DNA of 64,000 nt from an uncultured Candidatus Rokubacteria bacterium (lineage in GTDB: Bacteria > Methylomirabilota > Methylomirabilia > Rokubacteriales > DASRDR01), in NCBI GenBank assembly GCA_963826115.1, contig CAWGVS010000002.1, positions 128,001 to 192,000 on the forward strand, given 5' to 3'. Position 1 is the stretch's first letter. Each line of letters starts with the position of its first letter. Below, piece by piece: positions 37,058 to 49,177 of this stretch. The notes beneath the pieces were generated by a model. The model searched no databases. It worked only from the letters and a program-made list of their open reading frames with translations, and was not told the DNA's origin. A program made the translations under genes and the position numbers.

Positions 37058-38642
37058 CTATCCCAGCCGTCCGAGGAGGTGGTCGCCCACCCGGAGCGCG
37101 TTCGCCATGATCGTCAGCGCCGGGTTCACCGCGCCGCTCGACGGGAAGAAGCTTCCGTCCACGACGTAGAGATTGTCGACCTCGTGCGCTCGGCAGTGGA
37201 CGTCGAGCGCCGACGTCCGGGGGTCGTGGCCGAAGCGGACGGTGCCGTTCTGGTGGGCCACGCCCGCGAGCGGGATGCGGTCCCCGAGGAAGAGCGAACG
37301 GGCGAACACGCCCTGGTGGCAGTCGTGGCCGTGGACGCGGCACTCCGCCTGCTGCTGCATGATCGCCTTGAGCTTCGCGATCAGCCGCTCGTGGCCCTCC
37401 TCGTTGTTCGGCTGGTAGGCGAGAACGACCCGGCCCTCGCGGTCCACGGTCACGCGGTTGTCCGGATCGGGCAGGTCCTCCGAGGTGAGCCAGAAGTCGA
37501 GCGAGTGGCGCGCCATGAGGTCGAGAGTCCAGCCGGGCGCGATCGCGGGCGCGCCGGCCGACAGGGCGACCGCGTCGAGCTTCCCGACGAAGGAGATGTG
37601 CCCCATCGGGAACTCCCACTCCGGGGACCCGAAGTAGAAGTCGTTGAGCCCGAGCGTCTTCTGGAACACGGTCGGGTTCGAGCAGCGCGAGAGCGCGAGC
37701 TGGACCGAGTTGACGTGGCCCATGTAGTGGCGCCCCACCACGCCCGAGCCGTTGGCGAGCCCCCGGGGATGGCGGTCGCTGGCCGAGCGGAGGAGCAAGG
37801 CCGCCGAGTTGATCGCGCCGCCGGCGACCACGACGATGTCCGCCCGGTAGACCTCGGTGCGCACGGAGCCCGCGCCGCCGTCCCGCCGAACGTGGACCTC
37901 CGTGACCTCGCGCCCCCCGGGCTCGTCCCGAGCCGCCAGACCAGCGCGTTGGTCAGGAGTCGCACGTTCGGGTGCCGGAGCGCCGGATCGACGCACATGG
38001 CCTGGGCATCCGACTTCGCCTGGACCAGGCACGGATAGCCGTCGCAGGTCCCGCACCGGATGCACGGGCTCGTCCGCGGGTCCCGCTCGTCGAGCCGGAT
38101 CCCGAGCGGCACGGGAAACGGACGCAACCCCTGGCGCGCGAAGTCGTCGTGGAGCTCCTGGATGCGCGGCTCGTGGCTCACGGCCGGCCACGGGTAGGGC
38201 GCGCTCGCCGGCGGGTCCGTCGGGTCCGCGCCGCGCGCGCCGTGGACCTGGTACAGGCGCTCGGCCGCCGTGTAGTAGGACTCGAGGTCCTCATACGCGA
38301 TCGGCCACGCCGGCGACGCTCCCCCCAGTGCTTCAGCTCGCCGAAGTCCTCGCGCCGGAGCCGGAAGAGCGCCGCCCCGTAGAACTTCGTGTTGCCCCCG
38401 ACGTAGTAGTTCGTGTGGGGGCGAAGCTCCGCGCCCGCCGTGTCGCGCCAGACCTCGGTCGTGTGGTACCGCGCCTCGACGTTGACGGCGCGCGAGCTCC
38501 AGTTGGCCGGCTCGCGGCGCACGTAATCGCCGCGCTCCAGGAGCAGGATGCGCTTCCCGGACGGCGCGAGCCGGTGGGCGAGCGTGCCCCCACCCGCGCC
38601 CGTTCCGATGATGATCACGTCGTAGCGGGTCTCCATGTCCAT
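37058..38642 (-). pseudogene. GMC-family oxidoreductase split by two frameshifts (probable sequencing error, or recent pseudogene)
   Basis: YDVIIIGTGAGGG, then AWPIAYEDLESYY...CDGYPC, then GAINS...HQNGTVRFG...DNLYVVDGSFFPSSGAVNP, in three successive frames. The switches fall at G6 runs (plus-strand C6 at 38321-38326 and 37913-37918); adding one G to each restores a single ORF. Confidence 0.85.
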
Positions 38643-38661
38643 CGGCGATTCCCTCCGGGGT

Positions 38662-38692
38662 CTTAGACACGGCGCGGCGCCCGCGCGATTCG
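38662..38692 (-). promoter_or_regulatory. ECF-sigma-type promoter, copy 2
   Basis: CGAATC-N16-GTGTCTAAG upstream of the GMC gene; matches the copy at 48943-48973. Confidence 0.7.
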
Positions 38693-38721
38693 GGGTGGAC
38701 GAGACGACCGGCCGGCGCGCC

Positions 38722-39339
38722 CTAGTGGGCGGGCGACGCGAGCGCGAGACGCTCGCGGAGCGCCATCCGGGCCCGATGGAGCCGCGGCCGGATGGACGCG
38801 TGGGGCAGCTCGAGGGCCTCGGCGATCTCGCCCTCGGACAGACCTTCCCCGTCCCGCAAGACGAGCACCGCCCGATGACCGAGCGGGAGCTGGCGTGTGG
38901 CCTCGCGGGCGCGCGCACTGGCGTCCGGCCCGTCGGCGCCGCCCGCCTCAGACGAGTCGGCCAGGGCCCCGGGGGCGCCGCGCCGGTGGCCGGACGCGTC
39001 GAAGCTCGGCAGCCACGCGTCGAGCCCGTCGTTCTCGCCCGACGTCGGGTCAGGGCCGCACCGGGCCCGGACGGCCGTCACCGCGAGCCGGCAGACGTGG
39101 ACTGCGAGCGAGCTCACCGCCGTGTCCGCCGTGGGTCCGTCGAGCAGCTCCACGATGACGGTCTGGACGACGCCCTCCGCCGTCCGGGCGTCGCCGGTCA
39201 GCGCGTGGGCGACACGCCACGCACGCGCGGCGTGCTCGGTCACCAGGGTCTCGAGCATCTCGAGACCCTGGTGGTTGGCGCCGCCCCCGGCGCCAGGGAA
39301 CGGTCGACGCGAGACCGGGACGGTCGTCTGGCTCAGCAT
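38722..39339 (-). CDS. Degenerate ECF sigma-factor paralog (region 4 intact, region 2 eroded)
   Basis: LPLGHRAVLVLRDGEGLSEGEIAEAL...RLHRARMALRERL; clearly paralogous to 47282..47935. Confidence 0.75.
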   Translation of the reverse strand: MLSQTTVPVSRRPFPGAGGGANHQGLEMLETLVTEHAARAWRVAHALTGDARTAEGVVQTVIVELLDGPTADTAVSSLAVHVCRLAVTAVRARCGPDPTSGENDGLDAWLPSFDASGHRRGAPGALADSSEAGGADGPDASARAREATRQLPLGHRAVLVLRDGEGLSEGEIAEALELPHASIRPRLHRARMALRERLALASPAH

Positions 39340-39608
39340 GGCAGGATCCCCCTGAGCTGCTCGGCCACGAAGGGCGAGCAGTTCGTCACCCGGACGCGCC
39401 GGCTGTCGAGCTCGCGGAACAGCGCGAGGCCGGCGTGGTCGATGAACCCCACGGCGCCGAGGTCGAGCGTCACGGCGTCGTGAGCGGCGAGCGCCCGGGC
39501 ACAGGCCTGGCGAAGCTCGTCCACCCAGGGGCCCAGCACGCCCCCTTCCAGGACGAGCGTCGTGCGGTCGCTCGCGGCGGCCCGGGTCCCGATCATCAGC
39601 ACGCTCAT
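39333..39608 (-). CDS. STAS-domain protein
   Basis: LVLEGGVLGPWVDEL, LDLGAVGFIDHAG and NCSPFV; GGAGG RBS. Confidence 0.8.
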   Translation of the reverse strand: MSVLMIGTRAAASDRTTLVLEGGVLGPWVDELRQACARALAAHDAVTLDLGAVGFIDHAGLALFRELDSRRVRVTNCSPFVAEQLRGILPC

Positions 39609-39629
39609 GTCCTCCGGCGGTCATGCAGG

Positions 39630-39644
39630 GCAAGGGACGTGCCG
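39630..39644 (-). promoter_or_regulatory. Sigma-54 (-24/-12) promoter
   Basis: CGGCAC-GTCCC-TTGC on the minus strand, between the EBP gene and the STAS gene. Confidence 0.75.
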
Positions 39645-39771
39645 GACCGAGCGCGGCAGGGGTCTCGCTCGTAAGTGTCAGAAAGATTGATCTTTGCTGT
39701 GACCGGCTGACGAGGCGCCGGGGCGCGGCCCACGACGCGGCGTGGGAGGCCCCGCGCGGGGCCGTGGGCGA

Positions 39772-41397
39772 CTACGACCGGTCGGGGGTGGGTCTCCTGA
39801 TGCCGAGGCGCGCCATGCGACTCCGGAGGGTGTTCGGGTGGAGCTCGAGACGGCGGGCGGCGCCTTGCGGCCCCTCGATCACCCAGCCCGCCGCGGTCAG
39901 CGTCGCGAGGATGTGGCGGCGCTCGACGTCCTCGAGCGATCCGCTCGATTCGGTCGGCGACTCGGCGGGCACCCCGTCGCTCTCGGGCGACGGGGCGCTC
40001 GCGGGCAAGAGGGACCGATCGAGCTCGAGGATGGGCGTCTCCGCGAGGACCACCGCCCGCTCGATGACGTTCTGGAGCTCCCGGACGTTGCCCGGCCACG
40101 GATACGCGAGGAGCCGCTCGAGGCTCCCGTGCGACATCGCGTCCACGCGCTTGCCGAACCGCTTGGCGAAGCGGGCGAGGAAGAACATGGCGAGCTGCGG
40201 GATGTCCTCGCGGCGCGCGCGGAGCGGCGGCACCTCGACCGGGAGGACCGCCAGGCGGTAGTAGAGGTCGGCCCGGAAGCGCCCGGTCCGCACGGCCTCG
40301 GCCAGATCGCGGTTCGTCGCCGCGAGGACGCGCACGTCGACGCGGAGCGACTGGCTCGAGCCGACGGGCTCGAACTCCTGCTCCTGGAGGACGCGCAGCA
40401 GCTTCACCTGGGTCTCGAGCGGGAGCTCCCCGACCTCGTCGAGCAGGAGCGTGCCCCCGTCGGCGAGCTCGAAGCGGCCGTGGCGGCGCTCGAGCGCGCC
40501 CGTGAAGGCGCCCTTCACGTGCCCGAAGAGCTCGCTCTCCACGAGACCGGCCGAGATCGCCGCGCAGTTGACCTTCACGAGGGGCCGCTCCCGGCGCGGG
40601 CTCCGGTCGTGGATCGCGCGGGCGATGAGCTCCTTGCCCGTGCCGGTCTCGCCGGAGATCAGGACCGTGGAGTCGGTCGGCGCGACCTGCTCGACGCGCC
40701 GGAGCGCGGCGAGAAGCGCCGGACTCGACCCCACCATCTCCACGAAGTTGTGCTCCCGGCGGATCTCCTCCTGGAGGTAGACGTTCTCGCGCTGCAGCCG
40801 GTTCTTGAGCTCCTCCACCTCCGCGAGCAGCCGGGCGTTCGCCGCGGCCCGCGCGGCCAGCTCCTCGTGCGCGCGCATGTTCTCGACGGCGAGCGCCACC
40901 TGGCCCGCCAGCTGCTCGAGGAGCGCGACCTCGTCGGGTCCGTACTGCGCCGGAGTGTTGCTCGCCACGGCCAGCGTGCCGATCGCCCGGCCGCGAAGGA
41001 GGAGGGGCACGATGACGTACGAGCGGATGCCCTCCGCCACCGCGCTGCGCTCCAGCTCGAACTCGGCCTCGGCCGGGAGATCGCGCCGGACCATGGGGCG
41101 GGCGTTCCGGAAGACCCAGCCCACGTGGCTCTCTCCGGCCGGCATCTCGAAGCCCACCGCGAAGTAGGCGGACGGCGTCGGCGCCTCAAGCATGTAGAGC
41201 GTGAGCACGTCGCGCGCCGGGTCATGGAGGAAAATCCCGGTCCGGTCGTAGGGCAGGACGCGTCCGAGCGCCGCGGCGACCGCGCGGAAGAGCGCGGCGC
41301 GCGTCAGGTTCGAGACGATCGCGTTGTTGACCTCGAGGAGCGTTCGGTAGCGCTCCGCGGTGTCGAGCGGCGGGGGTCGGTTGGCAGGGATCTTCAC
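39772..41397 (-). CDS. GAF-domain sigma-54 enhancer-binding protein (FhlA/NifA-like)
   Basis: GAF domain, GETGTGKE, ESELFGHVKGAFTGA, LLDEVGE, WPGNVREL and C-terminal HTH. Confidence 0.95.
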   Translation of the reverse strand: MKIPANRPPPLDTAERYRTLLEVNNAIVSNLTRAALFRAVAAALGRVLPYDRTGIFLHDPARDVLTLYMLEAPTPSAYFAVGFEMPAGESHVGWVFRNARPMVRRDLPAEAEFELERSAVAEGIRSYVIVPLLLRGRAIGTLAVASNTPAQYGPDEVALLEQLAGQVALAVENMRAHEELAARAAANARLLAEVEELKNRLQRENVYLQEEIRREHNFVEMVGSSPALLAALRRVEQVAPTDSTVLISGETGTGKELIARAIHDRSPRRERPLVKVNCAAISAGLVESELFGHVKGAFTGALERRHGRFELADGGTLLLDEVGELPLETQVKLLRVLQEQEFEPVGSSQSLRVDVRVLAATNRDLAEAVRTGRFRADLYYRLAVLPVEVPPLRARREDIPQLAMFFLARFAKRFGKRVDAMSHGSLERLLAYPWPGNVRELQNVIERAVVLAETPILELDRSLLPASAPSPESDGVPAESPTESSGSLEDVERRHILATLTAAGWVIEGPQGAARRLELHPNTLRSRMARLGIRRPTPDRS

Positions 41398-41436
41398 GGG
41401 GGTGGCCCGCCGCCCACCATACCACCGGGCGATGGG

Positions 41437-42639
41437 TCAGTCGGTCGGGGCGCGCACCGACACGGCAGCCGCGCGCGCGGGCCGGACGAGCCCCGCCCCG
41501 AGCGCGATCAGGGCGCAGGCGAGCGCGACCAGCCCGAGCGCCACCGGCAGCCCGCGGGCGTCCGCCACGAGGCCGATGGCCGGCGGGCCCGCGAGGAAGC
41601 CGCCATAGCCGGTCGTGGCTACGGCGGCGAGCGCGGCGCCGGGCGCGAGCCCGGGCATCCGCCCCGCGGCGCCGAAGAGCACCGGGATCGAGTTCGCGAG
41701 CCCGAGCCCCACCAGTCCCGCCCCGACGATCGCCGCCCCGGGGTGGGCCGCGACCAGCGCCGCGGCGAGCCCGCCGGCGGCCAGACCCCCGGAGAGCCGG
41801 AGGAGCCGGACCGGGCCGAGCCGGACGGCCAGGCGGTCGCCGCCGAACCGGCCGACCGCCATCGCGAGGGAGAACGCCGCGAACCCCGCGCCGGCCAGGG
41901 CCGGCGGCGCGCCGAGATCGTCGCGGAGATAGACCGCGCTCCAGTCGCCCATCGCGCCCTCGGCCAGGAGCGCGCAGAAGGTCAGGCCCCCGAGCCCGAG
42001 GAGTCGCCGCGGCGGCCAGGCGAAGACCGGCGCTCGCGCGGCGGCCCGCGGCGCCGAAGGCACGAGGGCGCCCCTCACCGCGCCGAGGACGGCGAGGGCG
42101 CCGACCGTCACCGCGGTCACGTGCGCGACGGCCGGCGCACCGACCGCCATGGCGCCGACCGCCAGCGCGGCGCCCACGAGGCCGCCGAGGCTGAAGAGCC
42201 CGTGGAAGCTCGAGAGCACCGGCCGCTCGAGGGCCGCCTCGACGGCCACGCCCTGGGCGTTCATCGCGACGTCGAGCGTCGCGTTCGCCGCGCCGAAGCA
42301 CGCCAGGGCGGCCGCGACCAGTGCCGCGCTCGGCGCGATGACGGGCACGGGCAGCCCGAGGGCCAGCGCGGCCGCCGCGAGGAGCGTCACGCGCCGGCTC
42401 CCCAGCCGGCCCACGAGCCAGCCCGCGGCGGGCAGGACGGCCACGGCGCCCACGGCCATCGCGAGGAGCACGCGGCCGAGGGCGCCGTCGCCCAATCCGT
42501 GCGTGGTCTTGATCAGCGGGATGTACGGCACCCAGCTCGCGAGGAGGAGGCCGTTCAGGAGGAAGATCGTGCCGACCGCGGCTCGCGGGGAAAGCCGCCC
42601 GCGCGCGCCGGTCGTGCGGGCGCCGCCATCGAAGGCCAT
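41437..42639 (-). CDS. MFS transporter
   Basis: About 12 TM segments; GRLGSR, LDVAMN, AEGAMGDWS and GFLAGPP. Confidence 0.88.
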   Translation of the reverse strand: MAFDGGARTTGARGRLSPRAAVGTIFLLNGLLLASWVPYIPLIKTTHGLGDGALGRVLLAMAVGAVAVLPAAGWLVGRLGSRRVTLLAAAALALGLPVPVIAPSAALVAAALACFGAANATLDVAMNAQGVAVEAALERPVLSSFHGLFSLGGLVGAALAVGAMAVGAPAVAHVTAVTVGALAVLGAVRGALVPSAPRAAARAPVFAWPPRRLLGLGGLTFCALLAEGAMGDWSAVYLRDDLGAPPALAGAGFAAFSLAMAVGRFGGDRLAVRLGPVRLLRLSGGLAAGGLAAALVAAHPGAAIVGAGLVGLGLANSIPVLFGAAGRMPGLAPGAALAAVATTGYGGFLAGPPAIGLVADARGLPVALGLVALACALIALGAGLVRPARAAAVSVRAPTD

Positions 42640-42650
42640 GGCGCCGACGA

Positions 42651-43529
42651 TCAGCGCGCCCCCGCGGCGTACCCGCACCGGAAGATGCAGCGCTGGCGCC
42701 CGTCGTGCACGAGCTTGGCGCACCGGACCGCTGGCTGCCGGGGCGCCCGGCGGTACGCCTCGGTCGCGAGCAGCATACCGAGCGGGGGCGCGAGGAGGTA
42801 CACCCAGAAGGCCATCCACGTCCCCGCCCACGCCGCGGACCCGGTGGAACGCGCCGGGTTCAGGCTCATCCCGGACAGGGGGGCCTCGACGATGATGTAC
42901 GTCGCGACGAGCGCGGCGGCGCCGAGCCCCGCGAAGCGCGCAAGCTCGTCCCGGTTCGAGACCCGCAGCACGACGGTCATGAGCCCGAACGCCATCAGGA
43001 CCTCGGCGACGAACGCCACGCCCGCGCCCGGCGCGCCCGGCGTGGTCGCCGCGAAGCGCACCGCCGGGTCCGCGACCCGGGCCCCGAGCAGCGCGGTCGC
43101 GAGCCCGACGCCGGCCACCGCGCCGCCGAACTGCGCGAGCACGTAGAACACCGCGTCCCACCCCGCCACCTTGCCGAGGCGCCAGAACGCGAGCGTCGTG
43201 GCCGGGTTGAAGTGGGCGCCCGACCGGCGACCCCACGGCGAGTAGATCAGCGCGATCGCCGTGAGCGCCATCGCGAGCCCCATGGGGAGCCGGCGCCACA
43301 CGGCGACCGGTATGGCCTGGCGGACCGGCGAGCCCGGGTGCTCGAGGATCGTGGCGAACAGGCACGCCGACAGCATGAAGACGCCCAGCCCGGCCGCCTC
43401 GATCAGGTACTCCGGCCAGTGGGCGCCGAGCGTCGCCCCGGCGCGTGCGGCCCATCCGCGGGTGGCGACGGCCGGCTCGGCCAGCGCGCCCGCGGGACGC
43501 CGGACCTCGGCGGGAGCGGTGGCGGCCAT
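42651..43529 (-). CDS. Aquaporin (MIP family) with Cys/His-rich tail
   Basis: SGAHFNPA and SLNPARS NPA boxes; C-terminal CAKLVH-x5-CIFRC. Confidence 0.92.
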   Translation of the reverse strand: MAATAPAEVRRPAGALAEPAVATRGWAARAGATLGAHWPEYLIEAAGLGVFMLSACLFATILEHPGSPVRQAIPVAVWRRLPMGLAMALTAIALIYSPWGRRSGAHFNPATTLAFWRLGKVAGWDAVFYVLAQFGGAVAGVGLATALLGARVADPAVRFAATTPGAPGAGVAFVAEVLMAFGLMTVVLRVSNRDELARFAGLGAAALVATYIIVEAPLSGMSLNPARSTGSAAWAGTWMAFWVYLLAPPLGMLLATEAYRRAPRQPAVRCAKLVHDGRQRCIFRCGYAAGAR

Positions 43530-43533
43530 CCCG

Positions 43534-46186
<2,653 letters not shown>

Positions 46187-46197
<11 letters not shown>

Positions 46198-46996
46198 GCG
46201 CGAACTCCGGGTAGAGCGTCATGCCGCCGTCGACGAACAGGGTCTGCCCGTGGACGTAGTCGGCGTCGTCGGACACGAGCCACGCCACCGCCTTGCCGAT
46301 GTCCTCGGGGCGGCCGATGCGCCCGTAGGGGATCAGGGTGAGGAGGCTCTGGAGCGCTTCGGGGGCCTCCCACGCCGCCCGGTTGATCGGCGTCTGGATC
46401 GCCCCCGGCCCGACCGAGTTCACCCGGATCCGGTGCGGCGCCAGCTCCTGCGCGACGGACTGCATGAACAGCATCATGCCGCCCTTGGAGGCCGCGTAGT
46501 TCACGTGCCCGGCCCAGGGAATCCGCTCGTGGACCGAGGACATGCAGATGATCTTGCCGGTGGCCCGGGAGACCGCCGGCCGGGGGCCCCGCCGGATCAT
46601 CTCGCGGGCCGCCTCGCGCACGCAGAGGAACGTCCCGGTGAGGTTGACGCCGAGCACGGTGTTCCACTGGTCGAGCGTCATGTCGACGAGGCTCGCGTCC
46701 CGCTGGAGCCCCGCGTTCGACACCAGGATGTCGATCGTGCCCCAGGCCGCGATCATCTCCTGGAACATCGACCGCACCTCGGCCTCGCGCGACACGTCCG
46801 CGCGGATGGCCATGGCGGCGACGCCCGCCTCCTTGAGCTCGCCGACCAGCCGGTCGGCGTCCTCGGGCCGGCTCACGTAGTTGACGACCACGTCCGCGCC
46901 CGCGGCGGCGAGCGCCCGCGCGACGCCCTCGCCGATGCCGGAGTTCGCCCCGGTGACGAGCGCCTTCTGGCCCTTCAACGGCTGGTGCGAGGTCAT
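46187..46996 (-). CDS. Glucose 1-dehydrogenase-like SDR
   Basis: [18 protein letters not shown]-x-[19 protein letters not shown] and VDGGMTLYP. Confidence 0.9.
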
Positions 46997-47274
46997 GTCG
47001 ATCCGTCCTCCCTCGGCGCGCCGGAACCGGGCGGGCGCTCGAGCCGGTTCAGCAGGAACTGTCGGAGCCGCGTCCGCATGTCCTCCGGCATGGCGACCCG
47101 GGTCACCTCGCCGGTGAGCTCGCGCGTCCTCCGGTAGGTGTTGACGTAGGCGACGCACGCCGGGCAGCGGTCGAGATGCCCGTTGAGGCCCTCGAGCGTC
47201 TCCGCCGGCAGGCTCTGCTCCAGGTAGTCGGCCAGGAGCGCGATGACGTCGCGGCAGGTCAGTCTCTCCGTCAT
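46993..47274 (-). CDS. zf-HC2 (ZAS) anti-sigma factor, soluble
   Basis: C...HLDRCPAC (HxxxCxxC), immediately downstream of the ECF gene. Confidence 0.9.
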   Translation of the reverse strand: MTERLTCRDVIALLADYLEQSLPAETLEGLNGHLDRCPACVAYVNTYRRTRELTGEVTRVAMPEDMRTRLRQFLLNRLERPPGSGAPREDGST

Positions 47275-47281
47275 GTCTGCC

Positions 47282-47935
47282 TCACGTGAGCGCCTGGGTG
47301 AGCTGCTCGCGCAGCGCCATGCGCGCCCGGTGGAGTCGGGACTTCACGGACGCGACCGTCTCGCCGAGGATGTCGGCGACCTCCTCGTTCGACAGCCCCT
47401 CGAGGTCCCGGAGCAGCACCACCGCCCGGTAGGTGTCGGGCAGCCGCTCGAGCGCCTGCGTCAGGACCGCGCGCGTCTCGACCGCCTGGGCCGCCTCGTC
47501 CGGCTTCTGCGACCAGTCCGCGCACAGGTAGGCGCGGTCCCCCTCGCGGTGCCCGTCCTCCAGGAATCGCGGAAGGTAGTCCTCCAGCAGCACCTCGAGC
47601 TCCGCCCGCTTGCCGCGCCGCTTGATGAGCGCCGCATTCGTGGTGACGCGGTAGATCCAGGTCCCGAGGGCCGAGCGTTCCTCGAAGGTGTCGATCTTGC
47701 GGAAGAGCGTCAGGAACACGTCCTGGACGATCTCCTCGGCGTCCGCGTCGTTGCGCGTGATCCCATAGGCCAGGCGGTAGATGCGGCCCGAGTAGCGGGC
47801 CATCAACGACTCGAGCGCCCCGGTGTCCCCCAGCCGGAGCCGCTCGATCAGCCGGGCCTCCGACGCGAGCTCCGCCATCGTCCTCCCCGCATCCGGCGCC
47901 GGGGTCGCCTCCCCCGGACCGCCGTGGCGCTCCAT
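47282..47935 (-). CDS. ECF RNA polymerase sigma factor
   Basis: DAEEIVQDVF, TWIYRVTTN and LRDLEGLSNEEVA...VKSRLHRAR. The start may be 47878. Confidence 0.92.
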   Translation of the reverse strand: MERHGGPGEATPAPDAGRTMAELASEARLIERLRLGDTGALESLMARYSGRIYRLAYGITRNDADAEEIVQDVFLTLFRKIDTFEERSALGTWIYRVTTNAALIKRRGKRAELEVLLEDYLPRFLEDGHREGDRAYLCADWSQKPDEAAQAVETRAVLTQALERLPDTYRAVVLLRDLEGLSNEEVADILGETVASVKSRLHRARMALREQLTQALT

Positions 47936-47960
47936 GGTCGCAGATGAGCCCGGCATGGGG

Positions 47961-48905
47961 CTACTGGCCCACTGCCAGGGGCCGCCCGGCACGAGCCGGG
48001 TGCTCGACCTGACGGCGCGTCGCGAACACCCGCGCGGGATCGCCCAGGTCGTTCCAGGCGACGCCGGCGACCGGGAGCACCGCCAGGCGCTCGGGACGGG
48101 CCGCCAGCACGTCCCGCGAGAAGTCCGCCGCCGGGAGGGCCGCGTACGCCTCCCGGACGGCGCCGGGCTCGGCGGGCCGTTCGAAGGCCGGCCGGGCGGC
48201 CGCGAGGGTGCGGTAGACCGCCGGCAGGGTTTGCCGGACCAGCCCGATCAGGGCGCTCACCCGGGACACGATCACGAAGCTGTTCCAGAGGCAGCCCCGC
48301 GCCTCGAGCTGGGCGGCGATCCGCGGCCCGGGCTTCTCCCAAAAGCGGCGGACTCGGGAGACGAGCAGCGGCCGGGGCCGCGCGAGCGGCACCACGGGCC
48401 CGCCCGGCTCGATCCAGCCGTACTCGGTCTCCGGGCGGTCCGGCCGGATCCCGAGGAGAACCGTGAGGTCGGGGCACGCCCGGACCGCGTCGAACGCGGC
48501 GTCCACGTAGGCCATGAAGGCCTCGTCGTCCGAGACGTAGTGGTCCGAGGGAAAGAGCGCCACCGCGTCCGAAGCGGTCACGGTCTCGAGCCGCAGGAGC
48601 GGATAGAGGATGCCCGCGGCCGTGCCGCGGTTCGCGGGCTGGACGACCACCGCGTGGGGCGGGAGATCCGCGAGCGCGTCCCGGTAGAACGGCTCGTGTT
48701 GACGCGTGACGACGACCAGCGTCCGGAGCGGCGAGATCGACTGGCTCACGCGCCGGCGGGTCTGCTCGAGCAGCGTCTCGTCGCCCAGCACCCGGCAGTA
48801 CTGCTTCGGCCGCTCGTCCCCGGCCAGCTCCCGGGTCAGCGTCCGGAGACGCATCCCGTCCCCGCCCGCCAGGATCACCGCCCATCGCCTCCCGTAGTCG
48901 GTCAT
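47961..48905 (-). CDS. Mannose-1-phosphate guanylyltransferase-like nucleotidyltransferase
   Basis: VILAGGDGMRL, PKQY, QPANRGTA, PSDH, EYGWI, FWEKP, LWNSF, DFS and WNDLG. Confidence 0.85.
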   Translation of the reverse strand: MTDYGRRWAVILAGGDGMRLRTLTRELAGDERPKQYCRVLGDETLLEQTRRRVSQSISPLRTLVVVTRQHEPFYRDALADLPPHAVVVQPANRGTAAGILYPLLRLETVTASDAVALFPSDHYVSDDEAFMAYVDAAFDAVRACPDLTVLLGIRPDRPETEYGWIEPGGPVVPLARPRPLLVSRVRRFWEKPGPRIAAQLEARGCLWNSFVIVSRVSALIGLVRQTLPAVYRTLAAARPAFERPAEPGAVREAYAALPAADFSRDVLAARPERLAVLPVAGVAWNDLGDPARVFATRRQVEHPARAGRPLAVGQ

Positions 48906-48942
48906 GGCCCCCCTCCCGCGTGTCTCTGCGCCCGACAGTTCC

Positions 48943-48973
48943 CTTAGACACAGGCGGACGGGATCACGGTTCG
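48943..48973 (-). promoter_or_regulatory. ECF-sigma-type promoter, copy 1
   Basis: CGAACC-N16-GTGTCTAAG upstream of the operon that contains the ECF gene. Confidence 0.7.
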
Positions 48974-49177
48974 ACGAGGGGAGGCGGCGCTCGCTGACGG
49001 CGAGGGGGCCCCGCTCGGCGCGGCGAACCGCGCGATTCCGTTGACGCGCGATGGGAGAGGTGGCCCCCTTGACGCGGGGTCCCCGGGGGGACGATTCTCG
49101 GCCCATCTCGGGGCGCGCCTCGTCCCGGGGCGGCCACAGTGCCGCGGGCCGAGACCTCACGCTCAGGGAGGACCCTC

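Noticed and set aside
37913-38326. Programmed ribosomal frameshifting in the GMC gene
   Set aside because: Two independent shifts at plain G6 runs, with no known precedent in this family, are better explained by homopolymer error.
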